A program made the position numbers and the translations under genes. The notes beneath the pieces are model-generated. The model saw only the letters and a program-made list of their open reading frames with translations, searched no databases and was not told the origin of the DNA. A DNA stretch of 64,000 bases from Phallusia mammillata (lineage: Eukaryota), in contig OZ281495.1 in the NCBI GenBank assembly GCA_965637545.1, positions 22,382,001 through 22,446,000 of the forward strand, in the 5' to 3' direction. This document shows positions 27,147 to 40,527 of this stretch, piece after piece; position 1 is the first letter of the stretch; the number at the start of each line of letters is the position of its first letter.

Positions 27147-27493
27147 CAGGGGTTCCCAACCTGTGGTACGCGTACCACTAGTGGTACGCGAAGGTTTTTC
27201 AGTGGTACGCGAGAAGTTTCCGTTTTTTTCACAAAAACTAAATGCGCCAGGAAATGACTTTCGATGTGCTGTTAGCAAATTTACACCGCGCATCGACCAA
27301 TAGGCGGACAGTAAACAAGCACAAAAATCTCGTTAAATTTAGGTGTGGTGCTTTAGTGTTTTTTTAGTAGGCCAATATTCTTCTTCTGAGTAAAATATAT
27401 TTCGATCAGATTAGTTGTTCTGCAAGAAGTGGTACGCGTGGCAGAACAGAGCGTCCAAGTGGTACCAGATCGTTAAAACGTTGGGAACCCCTG
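27147..27493. mobile_element. hAT MITE, family A copy 2 (inverted relative to 1885-2308)
   Basis: TIR CAGGGGTTCCCAAC; perfect TSD cactaagg; shares GTGGTACGCG repeats and internal sequence with copy 1. Confidence 0.92.
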
Positions 27494-27721
27494 CACTAAG
27501 GCCATAGGGCGTGTTTGTGCACAAGTTCTTCTTCAAGGCAAGCGGGGGTATTTACCAGCTGTTTGTACTGTAACACAGGCTTTGACGCAATATAAACCTC
27601 CGTAGCTTCTTTTCGTAAGCAGATGGACACAATGGTCCGATTAATGTAAAAAAATCATTTTACCGGCTTGGTGTTCATAACGTTTAAAGGAGCTTCTTTG
27701 TAGTGAAACTATGCGTGCATA

Positions 27722-27908
27722 CAGTTTTTTTTAAGGTTTGGTTTGGGTGACCGCTAAGTAGTTTTAAGAGACCGCAAGTGTTTCATTTAAATACCAAAAA
27801 ATAGCCATATTTGCTTAAACGAATTATTTATTAGGCTACTGGCAAATTTTGGGAAACCGCTGGAGAAATTTGGGGGACCGTTTCGGTACACCTTAAAAAA
27901 AAACACTG
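27722..27908. mobile_element. Short hAT-like MITE
   Basis: CAGTTTTTTTTAAGGT / ACCTTAAAAAAAAACACTG; perfect 8-bp TSD cgtgcata. Confidence 0.85.
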
Positions 27909-30900
27909 CGTGCATATATGGTCACTACAGGTTGAAAGTAAAACAAATATTGAACAACTGCAATCTCACAATACAGGGCATACAGTGGACAAGTAGTTTT
28001 CTTTGTGTGCAAACTCTAGGCCCAAGATCGTCATTATTAATACAAATCCAAAACAGGTTTTTCTTGTTTTTTTGCATTTTTCACCCGTTCCATTAAAAAA
28101 TACATTTTAAACATCTGTTGTTCGTATCAACACGCAGCGCAGCGACCGAAAACTTTGCGGTCCGCCAGGCATATTATCTGCATGTATGGTCTTAGCTATA
28201 CACCTCAGTGAAGCTTTCGGTTTAATTTGGGTTCTGCTTTTTGAAAAATTAACCACATCGATACGCCCCTTGACGTTTTATGGGCCGCGCGCTTTCGCTA
28301 TATTGCTTGGTCTGTTTATGCTTAGGTAAATCTGGGCATGGTGATCTTGATTCCCCAGAACAGTTTGATTATTTATTCACTCTTGAAGATAGAAGGGGTT
28401 TTTCTCGGGTATGAGTCGTATTAACATGGTGTTTATTTTTTGAAAGAGTTTTTGAGTGTTTGGTTGAGTTGAAATCTTATGCGAAGCAAAACCGCTTCGT
28501 GGAAAGACCTATCAACGTGTGTGTATGTCGCGACGCGGTTCTGCGACGAACGGATGTCCTTTCTTCCAAACAAAGTTATCTACAAACCTTAACCCGCGTT
28601 ATATTTCAACGTTAATCCCTACGGACTGCGTATTGCGTGGCAACGAAGTACAAATAACCCTGTTAAAGCCGGATTTGCTTAAATCCGTTTAAAGCCTGAC
28701 GTCATTCGTGTAACGTTCATACCTGGCCAATTACGCAAATAAATCGTTTTGTGCACCGTCACCTAATCAAAAAATATATGCTCATTGACGTCGTAGTATA
28801 GACGACGAACAAAGAAACGCTGTATGTTAAGTGTGACTTAGTAAAGTGAGTCAAGTTTATTAGGAAGTCAACTTTATTGATCCCTGATAAACACCGAGCG
28901 CTCATTTCTTACACTCACGTACACGGAAAAAAGCCTTTGAGAAGCACATATGTGTCACACTCTCTCTTTGTCTCAATCCAATTTAATCTTTAAAGTTTTT
29001 TCTACTGAAATATTATTTATTAAATGCTCAAACCGTAATTAAAATATAACTTTTAAGGAAGTTGGGTTGCTCGTGGTAATTTTATGATTAAACACTTGTG
29101 GAAAATTCATGCATTGTTACTTACCAGCGATTTGAATAAAATTCTGAACGATTCACTTCTGTTTACATCCAAAGCCTGAATTTATATTTCTGACTTGATT
29201 TGGCAGAATATTCAGTTTAATCATAAATAGTTTAAACCTTGCAGTGAAGATTGCAAAAAACAAAAACATGTTGAAACAGAAGGTAAACACCAATGCTTAA
29301 ATCTGGGATGCTACAGTAACTGAACTCTACTGCTTTTCGTTTGACAACATCGTGTGTCTATACTAGAGCTAATTGACCGTATCAACACGCAGTTGTTGCA
29401 GAACAAAGGAAGCTAAGCTTCATACGTCACGACAGCAAGTTCGGCCAATGTCCAGTCGTGAAGTATTTAGTCAGTCCATTTGACAAGTCAAAAACATATC
29501 AATGACTTTTACAAGTTTTCATTAAAGTTATTGTTACTGCAAATGTTACAAGTCGCAAACCAGACAGTTTCTATTTCATACGTCAGCAGCTATCACGCTG
29601 ACAAGCCTGACATGATGTCTCCTAAAAACGCTTTCAGTCAAATTTTAATGACTTAATTACTATTCGAAGAAAAATGGTTCCAGGAAATTTATAGAGAAGA
29701 ATGATAAACACCACACGAATCAGAACGAAACGACCTACAAACTTTTTTTCAGAGTGATGTTTTTGTCCACAAAGGCGCTCCGCTGGTCAATGATTGATTA
29801 CTGCGTTAAGCTATTATTTGCAGAGAAATATGTTTGTTCGATTTTCTGATTGGCAGGGTTGTAAAAAAAAGTCTTCAAACTCACAAAGACCGTACGTGGT
29901 ATCCACATTTACAAGCTCATAACTGCAACACTATGTGTATAATTTATTGCCCATGTAAGGCCTGCGGCTAAGTTGCTTAAATATTTTAGCCCGTTGACAA
30001 CCTGTTACGAAGATTGGGCAAAATCACAGCCTGCTGTAACGTACAATTCCTCTTGGGGTAGTATATTGTACCCTCAGGAGATCAACATACACCTATAATC
30101 ACGTTTCTGGAATTCGGAAACGCCTACTGTTACATGTAAGACTCGGTACGGAGCGCTCACCGCAGAGCTATTACCCTCATCGCATCAATGTATTACAATC
30201 TCTTTGCGGATCAAAATTCACAAAGTTGTGTCAAGTATAAACAACGAACGACCGTTTCTGACTTATGTGAACTTCTCGTCTTGCAAAACAAGACATGTGA
30301 TATGGTCTCTGCCAAATCGGAGAGATTGGGATCTTAAACATTGTGCCACAAACACCCGAAAAGCATTATGCGACTATAAAGATTACGTCAAGTTTATTGA
30401 CTGATGATCCGAAGACAAGGTTTTACCCAACATTTTGCACACTCTTTTCAGATTAATATGCTTTTTTCAATTGAATGAATATTGGAAACATATATAGCCC
30501 TTATCCAGCAGTGTTCAATATAGTTTGTAAAAACATCCACTTACCTTAATTACTTGGGCAGATGAACAGGCTTTAAACTGGCAGTGGTGTGTTATGACGG
30601 CAGAATATATTTACTAAAATTTGTTTCTGTAAAAAAGTTTTGCAATAAGTAAATGCAACGAAACGACGTTGAAAATTATTAAACTAATATACTACAGTTG
30701 GAACAACATGGAACAAACCGAGCATATCCACGATAGTAAGAGCCCTTACAGCTACTTCAGTAAGGTTAGCACTTTGCTAACACTGGTGCACTAAACACGT
30801 GACAGCTAATAGGTCAAAATAGCGGTCAACAAAGAATGTAAATTTTTCTCACGACTTTTATCTCTGTTTGATTAACATTTTACGTCAAAAATCTACAAAC

Positions 30901-33182
30901 GTACTTCTGCGATGTAAATTCAAGGCAGTTTCGCACAACAAACAACTAAGTATTAAAACAATAAACTCTCTTTTGCGTTTAATAAGTCTGCAATTTTTCT
31001 CTCTTTTATCGCATCTCGTAACAAACTAGTTATCATTTCAATTGAATTAAAACAGGCAATGGTATCAATTGCATGCTAGTCGCTTTGGTTTGTGAATGTG
31101 GTGATGAACGTTGTAATTCAAAAACCACAAGAAAGCAATTTTTCTTCTTTGGCCAAATTCGTATCAAGCGTAATATCGAGTGCTTTCCTCGCCACTTGAA
31201 CTTTTATTTCGTAATTTTGTGCCTCGGATTTCGCTGTTGGTGGTTTCTTAGCGACAGGCTGGTTTGGTCCCTCACGGTAACGACGACTTAAAACGTATCC
31301 AAGTAGAACTGTACAACCACACCACTAAAGGCAGACCGCTCACTGTACTGTTTTCACTGACAACTTGCAACTAGTTTGACGGGGACAGTTCTTCATACTT
31401 TAGCGTCCTGGTGGTTGTTTTAAAAAGGCGATGTAGGCCATTAGTCCAGACCCGTTTTGAAAGTTACATTAACTCTCATTATTACGAAGTTTTTTTGTAT
31501 TTGTAGGAATTTCCCACGACTCATCATCAGTTATTTGCCACGCTTCTCATCACCTATACGCATGCCTTATTTTAATATGCCCGTTTTGAAAAGATGAACT
31601 GACCGCATTAAACCACGATGGCTGTATACCGACTTCCTTTTCAAATTGTGTTTGGTTGTGTTGAGGCAAATTCACTGCGCAGCACATAGCGTTTGCTCTT
31701 GTTTAATGTAATGGTTGAAACGCTAAACCTCTGTCATGAACAGTACGGCATTGGATTTACATTTCCATTTCTTAGAGCTTGTGACTAAGAGTGACTTACT
31801 GAATGACAGTTTTTACACACTCCGTATGTCTTTTCCATGAAGTCAATTCTTCACGTTAATGTCGAAAATAAAATTCAGCGGAAAAAATCGATTAGTCCAT
31901 TTTCACATGATAGTTAAAACTGGTTGCCTCTAAAATTAGGAACAATTTTTTTTGTTTTGTTAAATTTATACCCATAATCGTTTCGGCGGCAAAAAATAGT
32001 TTCGGCGGCACGGCAGTAAGAAGAAGGTTTACGATATTTCATTTGCGAGTGTTAAGTGGTTTTCAAATTCTTAACAATGCATAATTAAGTCAATTCCGGA
32101 AATGTTAGGATTTTAAGCCACAGAAATACTGACAATTTTTTGAAAACGTAAAACTTGTTTTCTTGGAAGAGCGGGTTGTTGGGCGCACAACGCAGTCGAT
32201 GTTTCACAGCAAAGTTTCCCTTGAGGTGTATGCATATTTGTGTGAAGATGACATTTTGCTTACACTCCGAGCAAAATCCGGTGTAAAATTAACCTCTTGG
32301 CAATGCCATGATGCATCGGATTAGTTGCATTGGCCTCCCGCTCAACCGTTCAATACATTGAAAACGTGCGCTCGCACGAAAGGGCAGGTTTTGCGTTAAA
32401 CTTGCAGTGTTGTAATGATAAACAAGCTTTCGACCTTCATTAACTGCAATATAGACTGGCTGTGAAAGTTTTTGGTTCTGTTTTTTGCCCAATGTTTATT
32501 TCGAGTGGGCGAGGATTATGTAGGCATATACTGGTACACACGGACCGGATTTACGACAACTCGTATGCGTCACCCCGTGCACGAATTATAAACCACTTTA
32601 ACAAGAGAAAACGGAATTCCGAGGGAAAAAACGATGAAAAATTGTTCATATATGGCTAAGTCGATGAATAAATTACTTTCTTATGTAACTAGTACGCTTG
32701 ACTTCGCAAAAGAACTTCGCAAAGAAAAATACTTCTGCGTTGAAATACTGGCGCAACTGAACCTTTTTCTTGGCCTGACCTACTGGCCGGTGCTCTTAAA
32801 CAAAAGTGCGTATTAAAAAAAGGACTTTTCTGTCTGCTTCAGTAACTTCTGTAAAAGTAAATATTTGAAGGTAAACGTTTGACTGCTAGCGCTTTGGTCA
32901 ATTTGTCATATTTGTCAGGTAAGCACTTTGCCACTGACACATGCATTTAAAACATAATTTGGCAGTCTTGTCTTTTTGATCCATGCCATTGGACCCTTCT
33001 GTAGTTGCACTTGAGTAAAAATGTCGATATCTGTATTGTTTCACATTTTATTTAACTTTGTAACACGTGGCCAACAACTCCACAACTTACTTCATTGGAA
33101 GTAGCCTACGCGTAAATTAAAGCGGCATTTGTAGTTTTTAAAACATCGGAATTCTGTTCAGCAGTCTCTAATCGGTGTTGAT

Positions 33183-33361
33183 CAGTGGTGGGATTCAAAT
33201 TTTTTGTCAGCCGGTTCTATCACAAAAGTCATTTTTTCAGTCGGTTTTGTTACAAAAAGTCCATTGACAGTAACCAGTAATGCTAACCGGTTCGCTGATC
33301 TCGTAAAATTTCGTGAGACGTTTCTATAGAACCGTTGCGAATCGGCTGAGTCCCACCACTG
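33183..33361. mobile_element. hAT-like MITE (CAGTGGTGGGATTCA family)
   Basis: TIR CAGTGGTGGGATTCA / TGAGTCCCACCACTG; perfect TSD gtgttgat. Confidence 0.9.
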
Positions 33362-34503
33362 GTGTTGATGTACCTGGCCGGAGCACGTAGACTTAGTATG
33401 CCGGGTTAGAGTATCTAATACATTGACTGACATACCTGTAAACCACTACCCTTTTTCTATGTCAACCATGTTAACACAATCACTTACATGACATTCCTTG
33501 AAGAAAAAATGGATGGAATGATATTGCAAAAAACGTTTGTACTGTCGACCGTTCACCTGTAGGTCAAAGTGCCACGAGTTTGCGAAAACAAGTAAAGTTA
33601 AATCATTAACTAATTAACTTGCGTCAGTTCGATACTGATCGAAGATATAGTGGGTAAAAACATCACGCCCTTACGTTTACGGAGGGGGTGTTGCGCTCTA
33701 TTTGTACTTAACGCGATGTTTAGTGTAAACAGTGTTTTTCCTTTGTGGAAAATTCACAAACAATTCGTCTTGTGAAATCCGCACCGCGGAAAATTTTTGA
33801 AACGTTTCCTTATTCTGTGGTTTCGACTAGTCTGGCCTACCAAGATATGGGTTTTGGCTACTGAACAAAAATGCTACACTACCTTGAATATTGGATTCAA
33901 GTGACTATTATTAGCTGAAAATTTTACAGCTGCTACACTTACATCTTACAGTAACATTCTGATTGAAATCTATAGTGACGTCAACCCAAAACAGTTCTAT
34001 TTGTGTGAAATTGGCATTTCCAAAAGTGGCACGAACGTCACCACAGCCTCACTAAAAAAGGATATCCTGGCATTTCAACAACTGTACTGTGGTTATGTTT
34101 TTATCGCTTTGCCTGTACCAGGAACATGAATTTACCTGTGGGTTTGGGTTCTGTGAAATGAATACCGACAAGTTCTCTAGACGCATATAAAACATAATGA
34201 CAACCTGATGTGTGTGTTGCGTGTCGCACATGTCTGTAACGCATCTGGTAAATTTGTATGACCTAATATACTGTGCTGTGATGCTGGCGTTGGCCTTAAA
34301 GTGGGGTTTTTCCTTGTCTTATGGAGGAAATGAGCTTCGTTAAATTTGTCTCGTGATTAAACTCACGATTTTATAGCAATATGTGCTGGTTATAATTTTA
34401 TTTGAAAAAACTCCAACCCTAAACTCTTTACAACATGCAGACAAACAACTGATCTAAAAGTTTATTGTTTAGAAAAAAAATCATATCAAATCAATCTATA
34501 GTT

Positions 34504-35274
34504 TCAGGTCAATCCTAATGAATTTATCCAACTGATTATTGGCATAGAACATGAACTACTTGTGAAGTGACCTAATAAAACAATACACAAGGCAACAAAA
34601 CTTTGACAGTGAGTAAGAGTGCTTAATGCAACAGCACTACAAACAAAAATGTAATACAGAATTATTTGCAAATATATGGCACTTTCATTTTGTGTCCAAA
34701 CTATAGCCGGAATAAATAGCAGCTTTCCACAATTGGCAAGCAGTAAACACCTACAAATTGAGTTGCTGTTCACACATTTTTTTGCAAACTGACTACCAAA
34801 AAGTTTCATCAAAATGTAGTAAAAAATCACTGTGGATGCAAGGAACATGGCTAATTGTATGGCAGATACCAATGTCATGACATATAACTCCACTTGTTTC
34901 GCAGCTTGAAATACTGCATCCTGTTTTATATCAAAATTGTCATTTTTTACAGGAGACACCATCCATTTCATGTAACCATCACAAAATAAACACACAGCAG
35001 CTAGTTTTAAATGCAGGTACCCCATGTTCTGATTAAAAAGAGTGTGTCGCCACACTGATTTGCTTAAAAGCATAAGGTCAAGCAAAACAAGAGTTACATC
35101 ATATTCAATGTATTTGTCAACTGGTTGTTTACATTTCTTGCAGTGTTCAATTTTTAGGTTGGTGCTGTTGGGGAACAGTGAGTACAACTTTGAGCATGGT
35201 GTTTCACATTCTATGCAAACTAATCCAGCTTTTTTTGTCTCTGTGTTGGTTTGGTAATCAATGTCTTCATTCAT
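34504..35274 (-). CDS. ARV1: ARV1 lipid/GPI homeostasis protein, single coding exon
   Basis: Arv1 homology domain CIEC...LY...LKIEHCKKCKQPVDKYIEYD..LVLLDLMLL....RHTLFN followed by TM segments. Confidence 0.93.
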   Translation of the reverse strand: MNEDIDYQTNTETKKAGLVCIECETPCSKLYSLFPNSTNLKIEHCKKCKQPVDKYIEYDVTLVLLDLMLLSKSVWRHTLFNQNMGYLHLKLAAVCLFCDGYMKWMVSPVKNDNFDIKQDAVFQAAKQVELYVMTLVSAIQLAMFLASTVIFYYILMKLFGSQFAKKCVNSNSICRCLLLANCGKLLFIPAIVWTQNESAIYLQIILYYIFVCSAVALSTLTHCQSFVALCIVLLGHFTSSSCSMPIISWINSLGLT

Positions 35275-35884
35275 TTTATCTTCCAACACAGAAAATTGTT
35301 TATCGATATTTATGTATCTTAATCCATTGATAAAACTATGCTGTAAATGGATTGGTGGTTAATGTTTTTAACGATTTTTCTACACTGTTATGTATAAAAC
35401 CAAAATACATGTGTTTAAAAAATGAACACAAATATAGCTAATGCAAGTACAAACAAACAAGACACATACATATTTTAAATCATGCAAAGGTTAAGTTGGG
35501 ACCAATGGGTGTTTGAGGCGAGCCTATGTAGGGAACTCATAGCATGGTAAGATTCAATGCAGCAACAACTCTATGCAATATTCAAAAAATAAATTGTTTC
35601 ACCCAAACCGTCCAAACATTTTAATTTATGTATGGTGGTCGAAATAAGTATTTTTAAATTCACTACATATGCACTACAGACATAACTGGAGTTGAGGAAG
35701 TGTCTATTCTAGAGACAAAATAAAGGAGATGAAAAAAGTCAACACAAAACATGCTTAGCAAAATTTTCTTTGGTGTTTTAAAGACTCCATAAATAACTAT
35801 ATTCATTAAACTTCAAAAAAAGCAATGTTTGCCTGTTATGTATTGCCAAGTTACAGCTTGTTTGTGCCAAGGACAGGTTACAAT

Positions 35885-36366
35885 TAGAGATGTACCGAAT
35901 AATCGGTTTGCCGAATTTATTCGGCCGAATCGGCCACTTTTGCAAAGATTCGGTTTCGGCCGAATAATTTGTTGCGATTCGGCCGAAACCGAATCTTTTA
36001 CGAACACACATTTAAAGCGTTAAGCGTGTCTCTTCTCCTTTGTACCAACGAAAATCCCGTAAATAATTGTATTTTTTGACACATTATCGTTTTTCCCACT
36101 GCAGACAACTAATCAGTAATTCATTGTCGGGCTGCAAATTATGCTTAAGGCTATGTTAAACCCCACAGAACCAAAATGAGGACAAAACACAACCATTCTG
36201 CACTAATTGCCTGATAGATAAACTTATGTTTTTATGTCAAAAGCGTAGCCTACCACTTCGCGTGACGTCATAAATGATTCGGTTGATTCGGCCGAATTTA
36301 TTCGGCAAAACCGCCGAATATTCGGTTTCGGCCGAATCGAAATTTAGCCGATTCGGTACATCACTA
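35885..36366. mobile_element. hAT (Ac-type) MITE
   Basis: TIR TAGAGATGTACCGAAT / ATTCGGTACATCACTA; perfect TSD gttacaat; many CCGAAT/ATTCGG subterminal repeats. Confidence 0.92.
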
Positions 36367-36436
36367 GTTACAATTAGGAAACAAAACCGTTTGAAAATTT
36401 ATCCTGAGAACAGTTGGTTAGGGAATTCCCCCAATT

Positions 36437-39400
36437 TTACACATCGTTAGAGTGATTAGTGACGCATAAAGTTTTCGTTATTTCTTTACTGAGTTTACTA
36501 AAAGTAAGTTTCTTGTTTTCTAAATCTGGCATTTGAGCAAGATCTATCATAGGATAGACACTTGGACGTCCGTGAGCGCACTGAAACGGAAGTTTACAGT
36601 TTGAAAGTTCTTTCATCAGTCTTACACATCGATCATGGGTAAGCACGTCTCCGAACTTAATGGCTCCTGAAAGAAGGTTTCAAAAAGTTAATGACGATTG
36701 TAAACTTGTACAATGCAAACTCGCTACATACCGTGACATGCTTTTGAACACAAGATGTCAAACAAAACCGATGATAAGGTGACACCCAAAGTGCCAGAAG
36801 AAGAAAGCAGCTAAACCCACCAAATGACATTAGTTTTGTTTATTGAATGTTCTACAGCAGTTTACCGATTTTAGGAAAAATTAGCAATACACACTTTTTG
36901 CTGTAAAATTATTCAAAATTCTTGCCTTGCAACAGTCCGAGAGGCATCTTCTCAAATCTTGCAGGAAACTTGATTCGTCACAATTTAAAACTGAAGGATA
37001 TGTGTTGATAACCACTTCATCTTTAAACACACCAATAAACAATGGTTAAAAACGTAACGAAACTGTACATTGTCATATTTGGCAATATTAAATACCCTTT
37101 AAAACAGAAAGTCGAAACCCAGCGTTTTGCAGTTTTTCGCTGTGTATTTGCAACGTCCGTATCTCGTTTCTATTAGCTTTCATTCTGATTCCCTCCTGTG
37201 AGCTTGTAGTACGCATAACTTTACTGCCACCTTCCGTTTTAAATGAGTCTTTGATGTGGGAAACGTTTAAGAAAACGAACAGCATTAAAATTAGTTAGGT
37301 AAGTATTGAATTTACCCAAAATAGCTAACCACTGGTCCAGCGCTCAAGTCGAACTCTTTCGTGAACGGCGTGTTGATCAAACATTAAAAGTGTTCCGCGC
37401 CTGCTTAAGTTTTCACATTCCACCATACATGCAATATACTTGCTGTCTACTTGCCCAATCACCTAATTTTCATTAACAGTTACAGTCACTTTAAGTTCAA
37501 ACATGAACTTAATATTTACATGACATTTAATGTTAAAGTTTTAAGAACGGTTTGTTTCAGTTGCAGGAGAGGGTATCGGTGTTTCGATCCACTACAACAA
37601 TTTACAAACGTATTCAAATAATATTGTCGTTGATTGTTGCGTTTACTAAAACATACTTGAACGTATTTCAACATATCTTTGGTCAGTTTTAAACCAATCC
37701 CACTTGTGTGTTTGAGGACAGAAAGATCTAACACATCAGCCTAAAAAACAAGCGAATCTCGTTGTAAAAATGAATTTGCAAGTTTAAATAATGCTCTCTA
37801 CCTGTCGATTGGGTTGAAAAGTGTCAACCACAATCCTTGATGCCATGGATGACACAACACTTTCGCACCTGTAAATTATAAGCTTTAGGCATTTTTAAAC
37901 CAGCATATGCAGACCCTGTTAAAATCCTACAAGGCATTCCCTTCTTCAGCAATGTTGCATTTAGGCATCGGATGCACAAAATCTGGCACACAGACTCGGG
38001 TCAATGTGCGTCGCTGTTTTTCTAGAAAATTACACTTGCCTTTAAAAATTTTAAAATTATGTGATTTCGATTGTTGGTGTTACCTTTTACGGTCAGTTGT
38101 ATTCCCGCATCTTTCGTTGCGACTGGCCGCAAAAAAGAAATATGCCCGGTTTTGACATTAATATAAATATTCTTTGCAAACCGTGATTCAAAATGTTCGA
38201 TCCAGTCATCGGGAAGTTGGCCCAATCCTGCGATTTTCTACAACTATAACCCAAATGAATGTTACGCATTCAAATAGTTTACCTGTTTCTTCCTCAGGCT
38301 TATCCGTTTGCCTACGCTTAGGACTTATGGGACATGTTTGCTGCGTTTTACTGCTGCAGTTAGGGAGTAAAGACACAGCTTTTTTCCCAGCTAAGCACAT
38401 CATGTCGACAACATTGTCAATCTCATTTGCATAGTCAGTCGTGTCTGATAACACACTTTTTTCCTTAATTAAATCAGCAAGCACATTAAAACATTTGTTG
38501 AAACACTATTTGCGGAGATTGTTTGTACTCTCGTGTCTTACCTTCAAAACGCAATTGTCGGTAAGAAGCGCTGGTGATGACACACTGAATTTTAACTTTT
38601 TGTGCAATTTTTCAACAGAATTCAAAATCACGTCCCATTCCGTAAACTCAATCGTGGCTTTTAATGGTTCCATCGATATATCATACCAATTTGGTGGACA
38701 CCTGAAAAATACTATAATATCATAGTCCGCAAGTCGTTTCGTTTATAATAATTTAACGTGGTGCTCACTGCACTAAAACAATAAAAACTGGGTAAATTGT
38801 TGTGTGACAGTTGGCTTGATGATTTTGAGAATTTTTCGTCATTGATTGCAGTGCCTTATGAATCCTCGTCTGGAATATAATCAGAGTAAACGACAGAACA
38901 GCACAAATCTTGAAGACGTAAAATCAACTCACCTTTACCACATGTAGTTTATTGACATAAACAAGCTGAAGCTGTAACGAAGTGCTGGGGACCGATCCAA
39001 AATATCCAGTCATTGAAAGGTTACCATTGGAAAATGTTACTTGTTTTAATTCAGGGTAGCATTGGCCGTATATTTTTCGAAGCCTGCTGACAAAAAGCAA
39101 AAAAATTAAAACATATAGGTATGACACGTTTAAGCGGCATATACCTCAAATTGAAATCTTGGCATTTTTTGGCTTGAAATGCAAGACCTTCAGTTGCGTC
39201 TGTCAGTGAAATTGAAACGTTACAATGACAAAGTGCAATGACAGACAAGGTTTCCTGTAGACTACTTAAAACGCTTGTATGGCTAATTGAACGATAGTAT
39301 TTGTAGCATTCAGAAAATAGACCGATTACAATAACTGTAGACCAGTGGCTAAAATGTGCAGATACATTATCCACACTTATAATATCTTTCTGTGTCCCAC

Positions 39401-40004
39401 CGCGTGAAATAGTTTTACTGCAACTTTGATACTGCTCTTTGCATTTAGTTGATATTTTGAGCGCACGGGACATTTCGGCGATACTGCTCAGCGCTTCGCC
39501 CCGAAAGCCGAAACTTTGTCCTTTGTTTACATCCTCCAAGTTTCTGCATTTGCTAGTGTTGTAGCGAAAACCTGCAAAGCCAAGAAATATTACTAACCTA
39601 ATCATAAACATAACTGCCAGAGACTGCACATATTAAGCGTATAGTTGTGTAGATATTTCAACAATCGCTGTTGTCATTATTAGCGGACGTTGTAAATTAA
39701 GCTTGAACAAGGTTTATGTAAACCATTTAGAATCTATAGTATAATCTGATAAATATATATTTTTTTACACGATACAAACTACAACAGGTTTTTCAGTACC
39801 TACTGCATCCAAGTTTTTATAACTGAAACCATGTCCATTATCTGTAACTCGAATGTTGTAATTTGTCAAATCAGTTTTAATTTCAATTGATGTAGCCTGC
39901 GCGTCAAGACTGTTTTTGAGCAACTCTTCCACACACTGAGTCAAACTCGTGATAATAAATCCACTTCTCAGTTTGTTTCTTGAATCTTCAGAGTGTCTCT
40001 TCAT
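36437..40004 (-). CDS. MLH3: MutL homolog 3, 15 exons, ~772 aa by manual assembly
   Basis: KLRSG..I.SL.QCVEELL.NSLDA, DNGHG, GFRGEAL, W..HF....IYINVKTG, endonuclease motif DQHAVHERVRLE, ACHG|AIKFGD, CKLPFQCAHGRPS; exon lengths sum to 2319 nt in frame. Confidence 0.95.
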
Positions 40005-40277
40005 GTTGTTGACAGAAGTTAATTTCATTTTACAAAAAAAACTCAGCAAATTTACAGAAGCAGTTTCGGCGTGAACTGTCCTATCATCCATTTATGAAAC
40101 GTTGCGAATCCGTAGCAGCAGAAGACAGTAGCAAAGGACTTTTTACAAATTTGTCGTTTACATTTTTTATTAAATGCCGTCGTGGTTAATAGTCATTTTT
40201 AAAAAAGACCTAAAGACACATTTGCAGGCAATTTTTTTAATTACGAAAGGGATATTTTAATTTTTATGTTAGTTTTT

Positions 40278-40311
40278 ACCACTGATCTCTATAAACATAG
40301 AGATCAGTGGT
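40278..40311. repeat. Perfect 15-bp-arm hairpin
   Basis: accactgatctctat-aaac-atagagatcagtggt. Confidence 0.85.
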
Positions 40312-40527
40312 TTTTACAAATTCGCGGTTGGAAACTGGTTCCGCCTGACCGACTTTAAAACTGTGGGAACCGTTCAATGTTCAAACACTTTACAAGATGT
40401 ATGTTTACGCCGTTTGTATTGTTTAAAAGAAATTGTGTTGGTGCAGATTGCTTAAGGGTAATAATATTAAAGTTCAGAATTCAATATAGAAGACACATTT
40501 GAGAAGAAAAGTGTTTCTGTGGTGGCT

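Noticed and set aside
30088-30404. ~105-codon open frame on the plus strand
   Set aside because: No ATG start, no recognisable motif, no convincing flanking splice sites.
35778-36366. CCGAAT/ATTCGG and AATAAGGAC (26100-26445) repeat clusters as CRISPR-like arrays, and their ORFs
   Set aside because: Spacing is irregular and lies inside TIR/TSD-bounded MITEs; these are subterminal repeats and the ORFs are incidental.
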